This document shows positions 37,053 through 45,957 of a stretch of 54,655 nt of DNA, one piece after another (within the stretch, counting starts at the first letter, position 1; each line of letters begins with the position of its first letter). A program made the position numbers and the translations under genes. Source of the stretch: Enterobacteria phage mEp021; the sequence record MH706966. One strand, 5' to 3'. The notes under the pieces were generated by a model, which worked only from the letters and a program-made list of their open reading frames with translations, searched no databases and was not told the origin of the DNA.

Positions 37053-37469
37053 TTATCTGAACCTTGCTATTTCAATTCTGCCGTTGCCCAAGTCAATGAT
37101 GGCATGATTTTTTATACCCGCGCCGCCTTCGTTAAATATTCTTTCAGCAAATGCGGCTTTATCAGCGTTACACTCATTGGCTATTCTGTTTCTTATTTCA
37201 TCGTTGCCTTCGAATACGACGCCTACAGCAGCCTCCTTCACAAGTCCCCAGTTAAACCATCTTGCGTAAACCGGTTTACCTTCGAAATGATCGTCAATTG
37301 CTTTATAAAAAACCTTGATAGCTGCGGGTTCCTTCTTGAAGATTTTGTGGTATTCGGCAACATTATTAGCTACATCATCGCAGTTTATATTCATCACATC
37401 GTTTGCGTTGGCGTTGAATGCTAAACCTACCATTACCGCCATCACTGCCGCTTTGATTAGCCGTTTCAT
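37053..37469 (-). CDS. Secreted/periplasmic protein of unknown function (moron)
   Basis: 138 aa; N-terminal signal peptide MKRLIKAAVMAVMVGLAFNANA; two Cys; opposite strand to the tail genes; SD gggggtgggg. Confidence 0.55.
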   Translation of the reverse strand: MKRLIKAAVMAVMVGLAFNANANDVMNINCDDVANNVAEYHKIFKKEPAAIKVFYKAIDDHFEGKPVYARWFNWGLVKEAAVGVVFEGNDEIRNRIANECNADKAAFAERIFNEGGAGIKNHAIIDLGNGRIEIARFR

Positions 37470-37482
37470 ACCCCACCCCCGC

Positions 37483-37569
37483 TTATTTTTTGTTTTTAAG
37501 TGCCTTCAGCATTTCTTCGATAAAGTCGGCATAGTGCTCATGCTCGTTGGGTCGGTAGTAGTTTTTCAT
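37483..37569 (-). CDS. Small hydrophilic protein (28 aa), first gene of a two-gene moron operon
   Basis: MKNYYRPNEHEHYADFIEEMLKALKNKK; SD aagagga 7 nt upstream. Confidence 0.35.
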   Translation of the reverse strand: MKNYYRPNEHEHYADFIEEMLKALKNKK

Positions 37570-37725
37570 TTTCTTATCCTCTTTGCTTCCTCCGGTTAAT
37601 CCGACCTTCTAAATCCCTTTACTCTATCCCTTTCCTTTAGCCTCTTTATACAAAATGTATTCGTTGAAGTGAAGCCATTTTGTATAAAATAGAGATCAGT
37701 ATCACACTTTTTACGAGGTTAAATC

Positions 37726-40071
37726 ATGTCCACCAGTTTAGGTACAATTTATTACGAAGTTGATGCAAAAACTGGTCAACTTCTAGTCGCTCAGAGACAG
37801 GCGGATCAGGCTTTTGACAGTATCGAGCGTGGCGCAAAACGCGCTGACCGCCAGGTTAACACGCTTAAAACTTCAATCAAAGCACTATCCAGGGTTATAC
37901 ATCTGCTACTTGCTGCGGAGGCTGTGCGCCAGTTTATTGACATGGCGGAGCAAGCAAAAATGCTTCGTGTCAAAATTAAAATGCTCACAGGTGACGCAGA
38001 GGCCGCAGGACGTGTTTTTGACGGCCTGAAAAAAATATCAAAGGAAACCGGGCAAAGCCTTAAAGACACTGGCGAATTGTGGCAAGGCCTGGCTATTTCA
38101 CTAAAGAATACTTCCGCTACGGAAGGCCAATTGCTCAACCTGGTTGGCACTATTCAGAAGATGGGGGCGTTAGGAGGCGCGTCAGCGGAACAGATGTCTA
38201 ATTCTATGCGCCAGTTCCGCCAGTCTATAGACGGCGGCGTGCTGCGTGCTGAAGAGTTTAACAGCCTGTTAGAGAACACGCCGACCATCGTACAGACAAT
38301 GGCCCGCCATATGGGGTTGTCAATGGGCCAGTTCCGCGCCGAAATGCTGGACGGCAAGATCACGGCTGAAAGGATGGTTAACGCGATTCAGGCAGCTACA
38401 CAGGAAACAAACGAGAAGTTTGCACAGTTGCCGCGCACGTCCGGCAAGGCTATCAATGAGCTTAAAGTTGAGGTGATGGGGCTTGTCGAACAACTTGACG
38501 ATCTTTTCGGCATATCAGATGGCGTTGTATCAGCTATCGACTTAATAACTGGCGGCGTTGAGGGATTAGGTAAAGGCGCTAAATTCGCCGCAACCTGTTT
38601 TAATACACTCAAAACGGCTGGCAGTGAGTTCATAGACATGTTTGACGACGTGGCTGTTAAGGCTGGCGAGGTGGCGGAAGAAATCATTAGAATGGTAACG
38701 CCAATCAAGGCGCTAATGGATGGCTACAAATGGATGAAGGAGATTGTAGGAAAGCAAACAGAAGAATATAACACCAATTATGAGAAGAAATACGGTAAAA
38801 GACTTGGTAAGGGAATGCAATTTTGGGATGATTGGCAGGCCGTACTTAACCAAACAAAAGAAAACAAGGGAACCGACACCGCTGACGACGGCAAGATCAC
38901 CGGATTCGAGCCACCAGTAGATAAGCCAGGAAAACCGAAAAAAGGAAAAAAAGACAAGAAATCTGAAGCTGATCGGCTTGGTGATGAAGGTATAAAAGTG
39001 TCCGACCAGTACAACAAGGACGCCGCCGCTATGCGCAAAGCATTAGAGAACGGCAAGGCCATTGATGCTGCATTCGCCCAGGGCAAAATCACCCTCCTTG
39101 AGTACAAGGCCGCGCAAAAGGGGATAGGCAAGGAACTGAAGGACGAATTGGCACAAATCCCGGTGGAAGAATTGCAAGATAAATGGGCGCACATAGTAAG
39201 CCCAATGGATCAGCTTAAGGGCGAAATTGACCCAATCAAACAGGCGCAGAATGAGTGGGCTGTCAGAAAACAAATGCTATTAGACCTGGGAGCTACAGAA
39301 GCGCAACAGAGACAGGCGCAGTTAGAATATGAGCAACAGATCAGGGATCTGAAGTGGGAGCAATGGCAGGCGCAAAGCGACACAAACAGCCTGATTGGTG
39401 CTTGTGTTAGCGGCCTCAAGGGTGGCATGGGTAATGCGCTTACTGGCCTGTTAAACGGTACTCAATCATTAAGCGAGGTTTTTGCCAACCTGGGAAGCAG
39501 CATACTTAACACCGTAGGCAATAAACTTTCGGAAATAGCCGCTAACTGGATAGCAGATCAATTGATGATGGAAACGCAAAGCAAGGCTACACAGGCAAGT
39601 ACAGCGGCTGGCGCTGTGGCAGCGCAGGGCGAGATTGCTGCGGCAGCGGCCCCGGCAGCGGCTGCGACGGCGGCATCAACTGGCGGTAGCTGGGCGGCGG
39701 CTGGTGCTGCGGCGCTTTCTGCTATCATGTCGCTGGCAACGTCAATTTTTGGCGGCGGTCGTTATAATGGTGGTTCTGTGAATGGTGGCAGTCTGTATCG
39801 CGTAGGGGAACACGGAATACCGGAGCTATTCCAGACGAGCAACGGGCGTCAGTATATGATTCCTGGGGAAAATGGCAGGGTTATTCCTGGCCGCGATCTT
39901 TTCAGTGGTGGCAGCATCAGTATGCCTGTTAACATTACCGTTCAGACCACAAACGGGTTTAGCGAAGAGGACAGTCGCAGATTGCAAGACGCCATGAAAC
40001 GCGTTGCAATGGGAGTAATTAAAGAGCAAAGTTCAAGGCCCGGAGGTCTTATCCAACCACGAAGAAAATAA
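37726..40071 (+). CDS. Tail tape measure protein
   Basis: 781 aa; helical N-terminal two-thirds, glycine/alanine-rich segment, position in the tail module; SD gaggt. Confidence 0.85.
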   Translation: MSTSLGTIYYEVDAKTGQLLVAQRQADQAFDSIERGAKRADRQVNTLKTSIKALSRVIHLLLAAEAVRQFIDMAEQAKMLRVKIKMLTGDAEAAGRVFDGLKKISKETGQSLKDTGELWQGLAISLKNTSATEGQLLNLVGTIQKMGALGGASAEQMSNSMRQFRQSIDGGVLRAEEFNSLLENTPTIVQTMARHMGLSMGQFRAEMLDGKITAERMVNAIQAATQETNEKFAQLPRTSGKAINELKVEVMGLVEQLDDLFGISDGVVSAIDLITGGVEGLGKGAKFAATCFNTLKTAGSEFIDMFDDVAVKAGEVAEEIIRMVTPIKALMDGYKWMKEIVGKQTEEYNTNYEKKYGKRLGKGMQFWDDWQAVLNQTKENKGTDTADDGKITGFEPPVDKPGKPKKGKKDKKSEADRLGDEGIKVSDQYNKDAAAMRKALENGKAIDAAFAQGKITLLEYKAAQKGIGKELKDELAQIPVEELQDKWAHIVSPMDQLKGEIDPIKQAQNEWAVRKQMLLDLGATEAQQRQAQLEYEQQIRDLKWEQWQAQSDTNSLIGACVSGLKGGMGNALTGLLNGTQSLSEVFANLGSSILNTVGNKLSEIAANWIADQLMMETQSKATQASTAAGAVAAQGEIAAAAAPAAAATAASTGGSWAAAGAAALSAIMSLATSIFGGGRYNGGSVNGGSLYRVGEHGIPELFQTSNGRQYMIPGENGRVIPGRDLFSGGSISMPVNITVQTTNGFSEEDSRRLQDAMKRVAMGVIKEQSSRPGGLIQPRRK

Positions 40072-40126
40072 TTTATTGATTTAATCTTACGCCCGCAAGA
40101 TAATGACGTATCCTTGCGGGCTTTGC

Positions 40127-41461
40127 TTACGCGGCTTTTATAATTTCTTTATACTTATCTTCCACCATGTTAAAAACCTCTGGTCTGTAGTAGAAAAATT
40201 CGCAACTACCATCAAATTTTACTGGGAAGTTAATTTTGTAATTATTAAGGGTTTTGTGTATCGCGCCTTCTAGTTCATAGATATTTTGTGTCGGACCTTC
40301 TAATGTTTTTACGATATGCAAATCAGGAATCGTTACACCCGCTTTATGTGCGCTACTTAGTATTCTATTTCTTCGTTCGTTTTCCTTAACACTTACCCCT
40401 ACTTTCATTAGCGTTGGTACTTCCAGATCGTCAACCATGATATAAAGTTTGCCGCGTTCGTAGGATAAAAAACCCTTTTTAGCACATTTAGAACAGCCGC
40501 TACCTTCCTTAAGTTTTTGCGGCGTGGTTCGCCACTTATAACCACACACTTTACATAAACACGATACTTTGTTTTTATTCCCTGTTATTTTACCTACCAC
40601 TTTGATATTAGGGTTGATGTTGGCAATGGCTTTTACTTGCTCATCATGTGATATTCTTCGTGCTTGCGATCCTTTTCGTTTCGCACACTTCGGGCAACCA
40701 GTACCTTTTTTAAGGCTGGCTGGAGTAGTTAACCACTCATGACTGCAAGACTTACAGCGGCATAACGTTCTCGTAGTATTGTTAATAATTTTTTCTAATA
40801 CCTCAACGCTAGGACTGGTTTTCGCAATAACTGCAATTTGTTCTTCATGTGATAGTTTGGTGTGTCCGCTACATTTCGGGCAGCCAGTACCATGCTTGAT
40901 GTTGTTGGGAGTTGCTGGCCATTCATGATTGCAAATCTTACATTTGCATAATACTTTTTTTAAACTCGCAGATTAAAAGGGGTTTTATTCAATATTGCTG
41001 TTAACCTTCGCAATAGCTGCAACTTGTTCTTCATGCGTTAATCTTCTATCTGCGCATTTTGGGCAACCTTGCCCGATTTTAAGTGTTTCAGGTCTAGCCA
41101 ACCATTCATGATCACAAACTTTGCAATGGCATAATACCTTTGTTTTATTATTAATAATTACCCCTAACACCTTAATATCAGGATTAACTTTAGCAATAAT
41201 TGCAACCTGTTCTTCGTGTGGTAATGCCCGTTTTTGTGCTCTTTTTAACGCCGCACATTTAGGGCAACCAACACCGCGCTTAAGATCAGCAGGTCTACCA
41301 AACCATTCGTGATTACAAGTTTTGCAGCAGCATGATACTTTTTCCATATTCCCGGTAATTACCCCTATCACCTCGATATTGGGGTTAACTTTTGCAATAG
41401 CGGCAACTTGTTCTTCGTGTGTTAATTTTTTTGTCATAATACCGCTCCTACAATCTTCCAT
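40127..41461 (-). pseudogene. Disrupted paralog of the Zn-ribbon/GIY-YIG-like gene at 7737-9224
   Basis: A single reading frame of about 445 codons carries about five Zn-ribbon modules and an intact C-terminal GIY-YIG-like domain but is interrupted by two in-frame TAA stops (+ strand 40985-40987 and 40973-40975). Confidence 0.55.
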
Positions 41462-41547
41462 TCCGTCCTACATAACTCCTGCCGAACATTACCAACCAGA
41501 TGCTCCAGATCTCCCGCCATGTGTATTTCTCATTCTTCATACCCGCC

Positions 41548-41802
41548 TCACTTATGAGCGCCTTTTACGCCACATAACTTGTTATAAAAATGGTGCTCAA
41601 CGATTAACCAAACCCTCAGATCTTCACTGAACAGCCGCCAATCAGGATTAATGTCAAACTTCCAGCCATAACCATCGCGTAACTTTTTGGGGTTGGCCTC
41701 TTTCTTCAGGAAAGCATTTAATAAGGCTTTTCCCTTTTTGATGATCCGGTCCTGTGCGTTTTTCTGTGCTTTCAGGTTTTTACCAATCGCCACCAATTTC
41801 AT
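41548..41802 (-). CDS. Small protein (84 aa), possibly RelE/YafQ-like toxin fold
   Basis: Lysine-rich N-terminal helices then GYGWKFDINPDWRLFSEDLRVWLIVEHHFYNKL, loosely resembling the YafQ PDW-L-Y pattern from memory; SD gcggggtgg. Confidence 0.3.
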   Translation of the reverse strand: MKLVAIGKNLKAQKNAQDRIIKKGKALLNAFLKKEANPKKLRDGYGWKFDINPDWRLFSEDLRVWLIVEHHFYNKLCGVKGAHK

Positions 41803-41820
41803 AATCCACCCCGCAATCAA

Positions 41821-41976
41821 TTAGTTGACCACTTTCAGGAAGAAATCACAGTATTCATCTTCTTTTGCATTCATCATGAACTGACCGTATTTGAATGCGT
41901 CATCAAAGCCTTTTACAATCGCCACTTCCACCTGTTCGAATGCGTTGTTCAGCATTACCACTACATAGCGTTTCAT
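41821..41976 (-). CDS. Small protein (51 aa), upstream partner of the 84-aa gene
   Basis: MKRYVVVMLNNAFEQVEVAIVKGFDDAFKYGQFMMNAKEDEYCDFFLKVVN; strong SD aaaggagggg 4 nt upstream of the ATG. Confidence 0.4.
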   Translation of the reverse strand: MKRYVVVMLNNAFEQVEVAIVKGFDDAFKYGQFMMNAKEDEYCDFFLKVVN

Positions 41977-42146
41977 GATGCCCCTCCTTTGTTGGTACTG
42001 CTTTCTCTTCTTGCCTCCTATATACATCTTGTTACGTCATGTGTGAAGCCATTTTGTAAACTGGGTATAATTCTTGTGACGAAGTTCTCATTTTTCGCGT
42101 AGAAGCGCGTAAAGATGTATGCAATATGTAACTTATAGGGGGAATC

Positions 42147-42500
42147 ATGCCTGAAGTTTTCAGATGGACGCCGCAAAGAAGCTACAGCGTGACCAGGGAA
42201 CCAAATGTGTCGGTCGTTAAACTTGGTGATGGTTATGAACAGCGCCAGGCTAAAGGGATTAACACGTTGCTTGATAGCTACACCCTGGTTTTTAAAGGCA
42301 GTAGCGCAGGATGCGGTGATAGTGGGAACGTGGCGATCCAGGCAGAAGCATTCTTGAGGGCGCGCGGCGCTGTCGAGGCTTTTTACTGGTCGCCGTCTAT
42401 GGATGGTGTGCAAAGGCTTTTTGTTTGCCGTAGCTGGAGTATGACAAAGGACGGGCCTGTATACACGCTAAACGCAACATTTGAGCAAGTTGTCAGTTAG
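42147..42500 (+). CDS. M: Minor tail protein M
   Basis: 117 aa; size and position as lambda gpM, immediately before gpL-like; SD taggggga. Confidence 0.65.
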   Translation: MPEVFRWTPQRSYSVTREPNVSVVKLGDGYEQRQAKGINTLLDSYTLVFKGSSAGCGDSGNVAIQAEAFLRARGAVEAFYWSPSMDGVQRLFVCRSWSMTKDGPVYTLNATFEQVVS

Positions 42501-42697
42501 TGGGGGTTAATATGTACGGGACTTGTGTAGTGGACAAAACTGACGCTTTTACATTGTTTGACGACTACGAGATCAACGACCTTACTGTAAAGGCTGACAA
42601 TGGCGATACATGGTATCTTCATGATGTTGGTGATGGTTATGTGGGATGCAGATCCAGAGAAGGCAAGGAGGTTTTATTTTTGGTTGATGGCGTATAA
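42500..42697 (+). CDS. Hypothetical protein (65 aa)
   Basis: ORF overlapping the gpM stop. Confidence 0.35.
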   Translation: MGVNMYGTCVVDKTDAFTLFDDYEINDLTVKADNGDTWYLHDVGDGYVGCRSREGKEVLFLVDGV

Positions 42698-42876
42698 TAA
42701 CAACCCCGCTTCGCGCGGGGTTTTCTTGTCAGTAGTTAATGTACATCAAACTCATTGGGTGAGCGTGCGCCATATTATTGGCTATCGCCGCCCAGTCCCA
42801 ATCGGCAGCATGAACGCCAAATACTATCAGTCCCATTATTATTAGCGCCAAAACTTCTATTTTCATAATCTGTCAC

Positions 42877-43191
42877 CTATAAGTTATCACGCAGGTAATT
42901 AACGCCCTTATCAGTGACGAATGAATGGTTTACCTGGTTTTCATCCGTCATGATGATGAATAACTTTTCCTGTAGGTATTTCGCTTTCGGGTACAGTGTT
43001 AAACAGACCTGGTACAGTATCCCGCGCTCAATCAGCAAATCAATAAATTCGTGCTCATGATAACCGATAAGGCGGGCGGCCTGTTTCAACGTGTACACAT
43101 AGTCACCGTGATTACGCCGTGCCATGATTTTATTCTCACATATCAAAAAATAGCATGTCAGGTATAAAAGTATCGCCGCAAGAATTTCCAT
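42877..43191 (-). CDS. Hypothetical protein, possible HTH DNA-binding protein (start ambiguous)
   Basis: YTLKQAARLIGYHEHEFIDLLIERGIL HTH-like segment; alternative start at 43125. Confidence 0.4.
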   Translation of the reverse strand: MEILAAILLYLTCYFLICENKIMARRNHGDYVYTLKQAARLIGYHEHEFIDLLIERGILYQVCLTLYPKAKYLQEKLFIIMTDENQVNHSFVTDKGVNYLRDNL

Positions 43192-43369
43192 ATCCTTTTA
43201 CCGTACTACCATCAATATCAATCACTGTGAGCGGCACAAAATTTAAACAGTCATCGACAGTGAAACGGCTGCCAGAAGGTGTAATGAATAATGGGTATCT
43301 ATTTTTTATATTAAAATCATCATTTTTGTTAGATGTAACAACGAGTTTGATAACACCTATCATCTTCAT
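43136..43369 (-). CDS. Hypothetical protein (77 aa)
   Basis: ORF in the opposite-strand island. Confidence 0.35.
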   Translation of the reverse strand: MKMIGVIKLVVTSNKNDDFNIKNRYPLFITPSGSRFTVDDCLNFVPLTVIDIDGSTVKGYGNSCGDTFIPDMLFFDM

Positions 43370-43384
43370 ATATCGGCCTACACT

Positions 43385-43738
43385 TTATTTGCCATTAAAA
43401 CAGCCCAGGTTATCTATGCAGAAGTCTTTTGCCGCTTTTTCGTATTCGCGTTTTGCTTCCGGATCGTCAGCTGGAAAACCTTTTGCGTGTATTTCTCCAG
43501 GGCAAGATTGATCCATAGAATCAGCAAATTCAACATTGACGTTAAAGTTAATATCTTTCGGGTTCATCTCTTCCACCTTATCCGGTACTTGGACCGGAGT
43601 AATATCAAAATCACGATAGTTAAACCCACAGCGAAGTAATTCACGACCTTCATCACGCGCCGCAGCATATGTGTCAAATAGGCCCATGCGTTCCCATCCG
43701 CATTTATTAGTAAACACGTCTAAACTGTATTTTTGCAT
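43385..43738 (-). CDS. Hypothetical protein (117 aa)
   Basis: ORF in the opposite-strand island. Confidence 0.45.
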   Translation of the reverse strand: MQKYSLDVFTNKCGWERMGLFDTYAAARDEGRELLRCGFNYRDFDITPVQVPDKVEEMNPKDINFNVNVEFADSMDQSCPGEIHAKGFPADDPEAKREYEKAAKDFCIDNLGCFNGK

Positions 43739-43750
43739 TTTGTTAACCTC

Positions 43751-43981
43751 TCATTTGACGGGTTCGATCTCGTACCCCAAAACGCGTTCGTCTTCAGCAA
43801 GTAAAAGCGCGTCAACCAGCGCATCGCCTTCATCTTTATACAGGGCCACAAGCATTTCCCTGCCATCAGCCAGGAACACCGTCAACCTCCACACCTTATC
43901 ATCCATCGCACACCTCCGCGCCATTTTGTTAACCCTGCTTCCTTTTGAGTACAATATACATATTGTAAAAAGCGCTATCAA
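43751..43981 (-). CDS. Hypothetical protein (57-76 aa)
   Basis: First gene of the opposite-strand island; acidic. Confidence 0.35.
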   Translation of the reverse strand: MIALFTICILYSKGSRVNKMARRCAMDDKVWRLTVFLADGREMLVALYKDEGDALVDALLLAEDERVLGYEIEPVK

Positions 43982-44033
43982 CCGTTTTGGTATGATTTAG
44001 CGTGACGTAGATCACAAATTGCAAGGTGATAAA

Positions 44034-44738
44034 ATGCGCAGCATACCTACAGAAATGATTATTGATTCCGTGGATGCCGGAGTCGGCGCGGTAATTGACT
44101 TGTTTGAATTAGACCTCACGCCCCTGGGTGGCGAGGTTATCCGCTTCCATTCCGGCGCGAATGGCTATTACGGCCCGGTTATCTGGAAGGGGGTGGCCTA
44201 CAACAGCTACCCAATCGAGGCGACTGGCTTCGAAATGAAAAACGAAGGCGTTTACTCACGCCCACAAATGGTAGTAGCCAACATCGGCGGGCTAATCACC
44301 GGGATGAATAACGATTTTAACGACCTGCGAGGAATGAAGGTTACGCGCCGCCAGGTGGAGGTAAAATACCTGGACGCCGTTAATTTCCCCAACGGCAACC
44401 CGGATGCAGATCCATCTATTGAGGCTGTGTCTTTTTACGTCGTTGAAGCGATGAGTGAAGAAACAGCCGACCAGGTGCAATATGAACTGTCAACGCCAAT
44501 TGATGCTGATAAGGCGGTTATCCCTGGGCGCACAATTCTCGCTGACGTTTGCCAGTGGCAATATCGCGGCGACGGTTGCGGATACAGTGGCGGCCCTGTA
44601 GCTACAGATAAAGACGAATCGACCAGCGATCCAAAACTGGATAGATGCAGCCACCGCCTGAGCGGTTGCCGTTTGCGTTTTCCGCGCCCCAACCCGTTAC
44701 CAATTTCCTGTTTCCCGGGATCAAGCAAGGTGGGTTGA
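44034..44738 (+). CDS. L: Minor tail protein L
   Basis: Closely parallels lambda gpL as recalled, including the C-terminal Cys cluster CQWQYRGDGCGYSG...CSHRLSGC; SD aaggtg. Confidence 0.85.
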   Translation: MRSIPTEMIIDSVDAGVGAVIDLFELDLTPLGGEVIRFHSGANGYYGPVIWKGVAYNSYPIEATGFEMKNEGVYSRPQMVVANIGGLITGMNNDFNDLRGMKVTRRQVEVKYLDAVNFPNGNPDADPSIEAVSFYVVEAMSEETADQVQYELSTPIDADKAVIPGRTILADVCQWQYRGDGCGYSGGPVATDKDESTSDPKLDRCSHRLSGCRLRFPRPNPLPISCFPGSSKVG

Positions 44739-44740
44739 TT

Positions 44741-45472
44741 ATGGCGCTTGAAGATAAAATGATTCGCTATGCCGCAGCACACCCGGAAGAGGAGGTGTGC
44801 GGGCTGGTGATAGATAACGATTATTTTTACCCGTGCTTAAACGTGTCTGAAACGCCGCACAACAGCTTTAAAATATCGCCTGACGATTATATCAAAGCTG
44901 ACGAATTAGGCGTTATAACCGCCGTTTTTCACTCCCATACTGACAATTCGTTGATATTGTCAGCACGGGATCGACAACAGCAGGTTATTTCCGGCCTGCC
45001 GTGGTATTTGTGTTCCGGCGGCAGGGTTAGAAAGTTCCGCCCGGTGGCGCACCTGTTGGGCCGTAAATTTGAACACGGTAAAACAGATTGTTACTCGCTT
45101 TTCCGTGACGCATATCACCTATGCGGCGTGGATCTGCCCGACTTTGAGCGCCACGATGGGTGGTGGCTGCGTGGGGAAAACCTGTACATAAAAAACCTGC
45201 CATTGAACGGGTTTTTCATGGTTGACGCGCAAAGCATTCAGCCAGGTGATGTGATTATTCGCCAGCCTTTTAAAGGCGCTGACCCATGTCACGCGATGAT
45301 TTACCTGGGCGATAACACCGTTTTGCATCATGACAATGCCGGACTGTTAAGCCGCCGCGAGCAAATGCGGCCAGCTTATGTTAGGCAAACGCATTCAATA
45401 TGGAGATCTGACAAATGCTCAAATTTAGATTTACGGGCAATCTTCGAAGATATTACGGCAAGGTGTGTTTAA
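44741..45472 (+). CDS. K: Tail assembly protein K (JAB/MPN plus NlpC/P60-like domains)
   Basis: Closely parallels lambda gpK as recalled (EEVCGLV, HSH, FEHGKTDCYSLFRDAYHL). Confidence 0.85.
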   Translation: MALEDKMIRYAAAHPEEEVCGLVIDNDYFYPCLNVSETPHNSFKISPDDYIKADELGVITAVFHSHTDNSLILSARDRQQQVISGLPWYLCSGGRVRKFRPVAHLLGRKFEHGKTDCYSLFRDAYHLCGVDLPDFERHDGWWLRGENLYIKNLPLNGFFMVDAQSIQPGDVIIRQPFKGADPCHAMIYLGDNTVLHHDNAGLLSRREQMRPAYVRQTHSIWRSDKCSNLDLRAIFEDITARCV

Positions 45473-45945
45473 ACGTTGATACGCCAGCGCAGGGACTTCG
45501 CTTATTGACCGCACAGAATCAGGAGTTCAAGAAGGCTTTTTTAAACACCCCATTGCGCTTGCGAATTGCCGGAAAAGATTACGACGAAAAGACCGCACCC
45601 GCAGCGGTTAACAGTAAATACCAGGATGGTACTACCGTCATTGTTGCGCCAGTGGTGGAAGGCGGTATTGCAGGGATTGGCGTTGTAGGCTGGATTTTGA
45701 TCGGTGTTTCGGTTGTTAGCGTTGCGTTCTCAAGAGTTGTGTCACGCAACATGAAGATAAAAACATCAGCAGAAAGCGCACAAGATAACACCATATCTAA
45801 CAACACATACACCAGCGTTGAAAACAAGGTTGGCCAGGGTAGACCAGTGCCGATCCTGTTGGGTGAAATGAAAATAGGTTCAAACGTCGGATCGTTAGGC
45901 ATAGACACAAGTAATAACAAAGACGCCTTAGACGTTGTAAGTTAA
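45415..45945 (+). CDS. I: Tail assembly protein I
   Basis: 176 aa; N-terminal ubiquitin-like region and C-terminal glycine-rich hydrophobic segment as in lambda gpI; overlaps the gpK end. Confidence 0.7.
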   Translation: MLKFRFTGNLRRYYGKVCLNVDTPAQGLRLLTAQNQEFKKAFLNTPLRLRIAGKDYDEKTAPAAVNSKYQDGTTVIVAPVVEGGIAGIGVVGWILIGVSVVSVAFSRVVSRNMKIKTSAESAQDNTISNNTYTSVENKVGQGRPVPILLGEMKIGSNVGSLGIDTSNNKDALDVVS

Positions 45946-45957
45946 TAGGGGGTTACA

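Noticed and set aside
37806-40029. Several 66-138-aa ORFs on both strands inside the tape measure gene
   Set aside because: All lie within or antisense to the 781-aa tape measure frame; low-complexity composition; treated as shadow ORFs.
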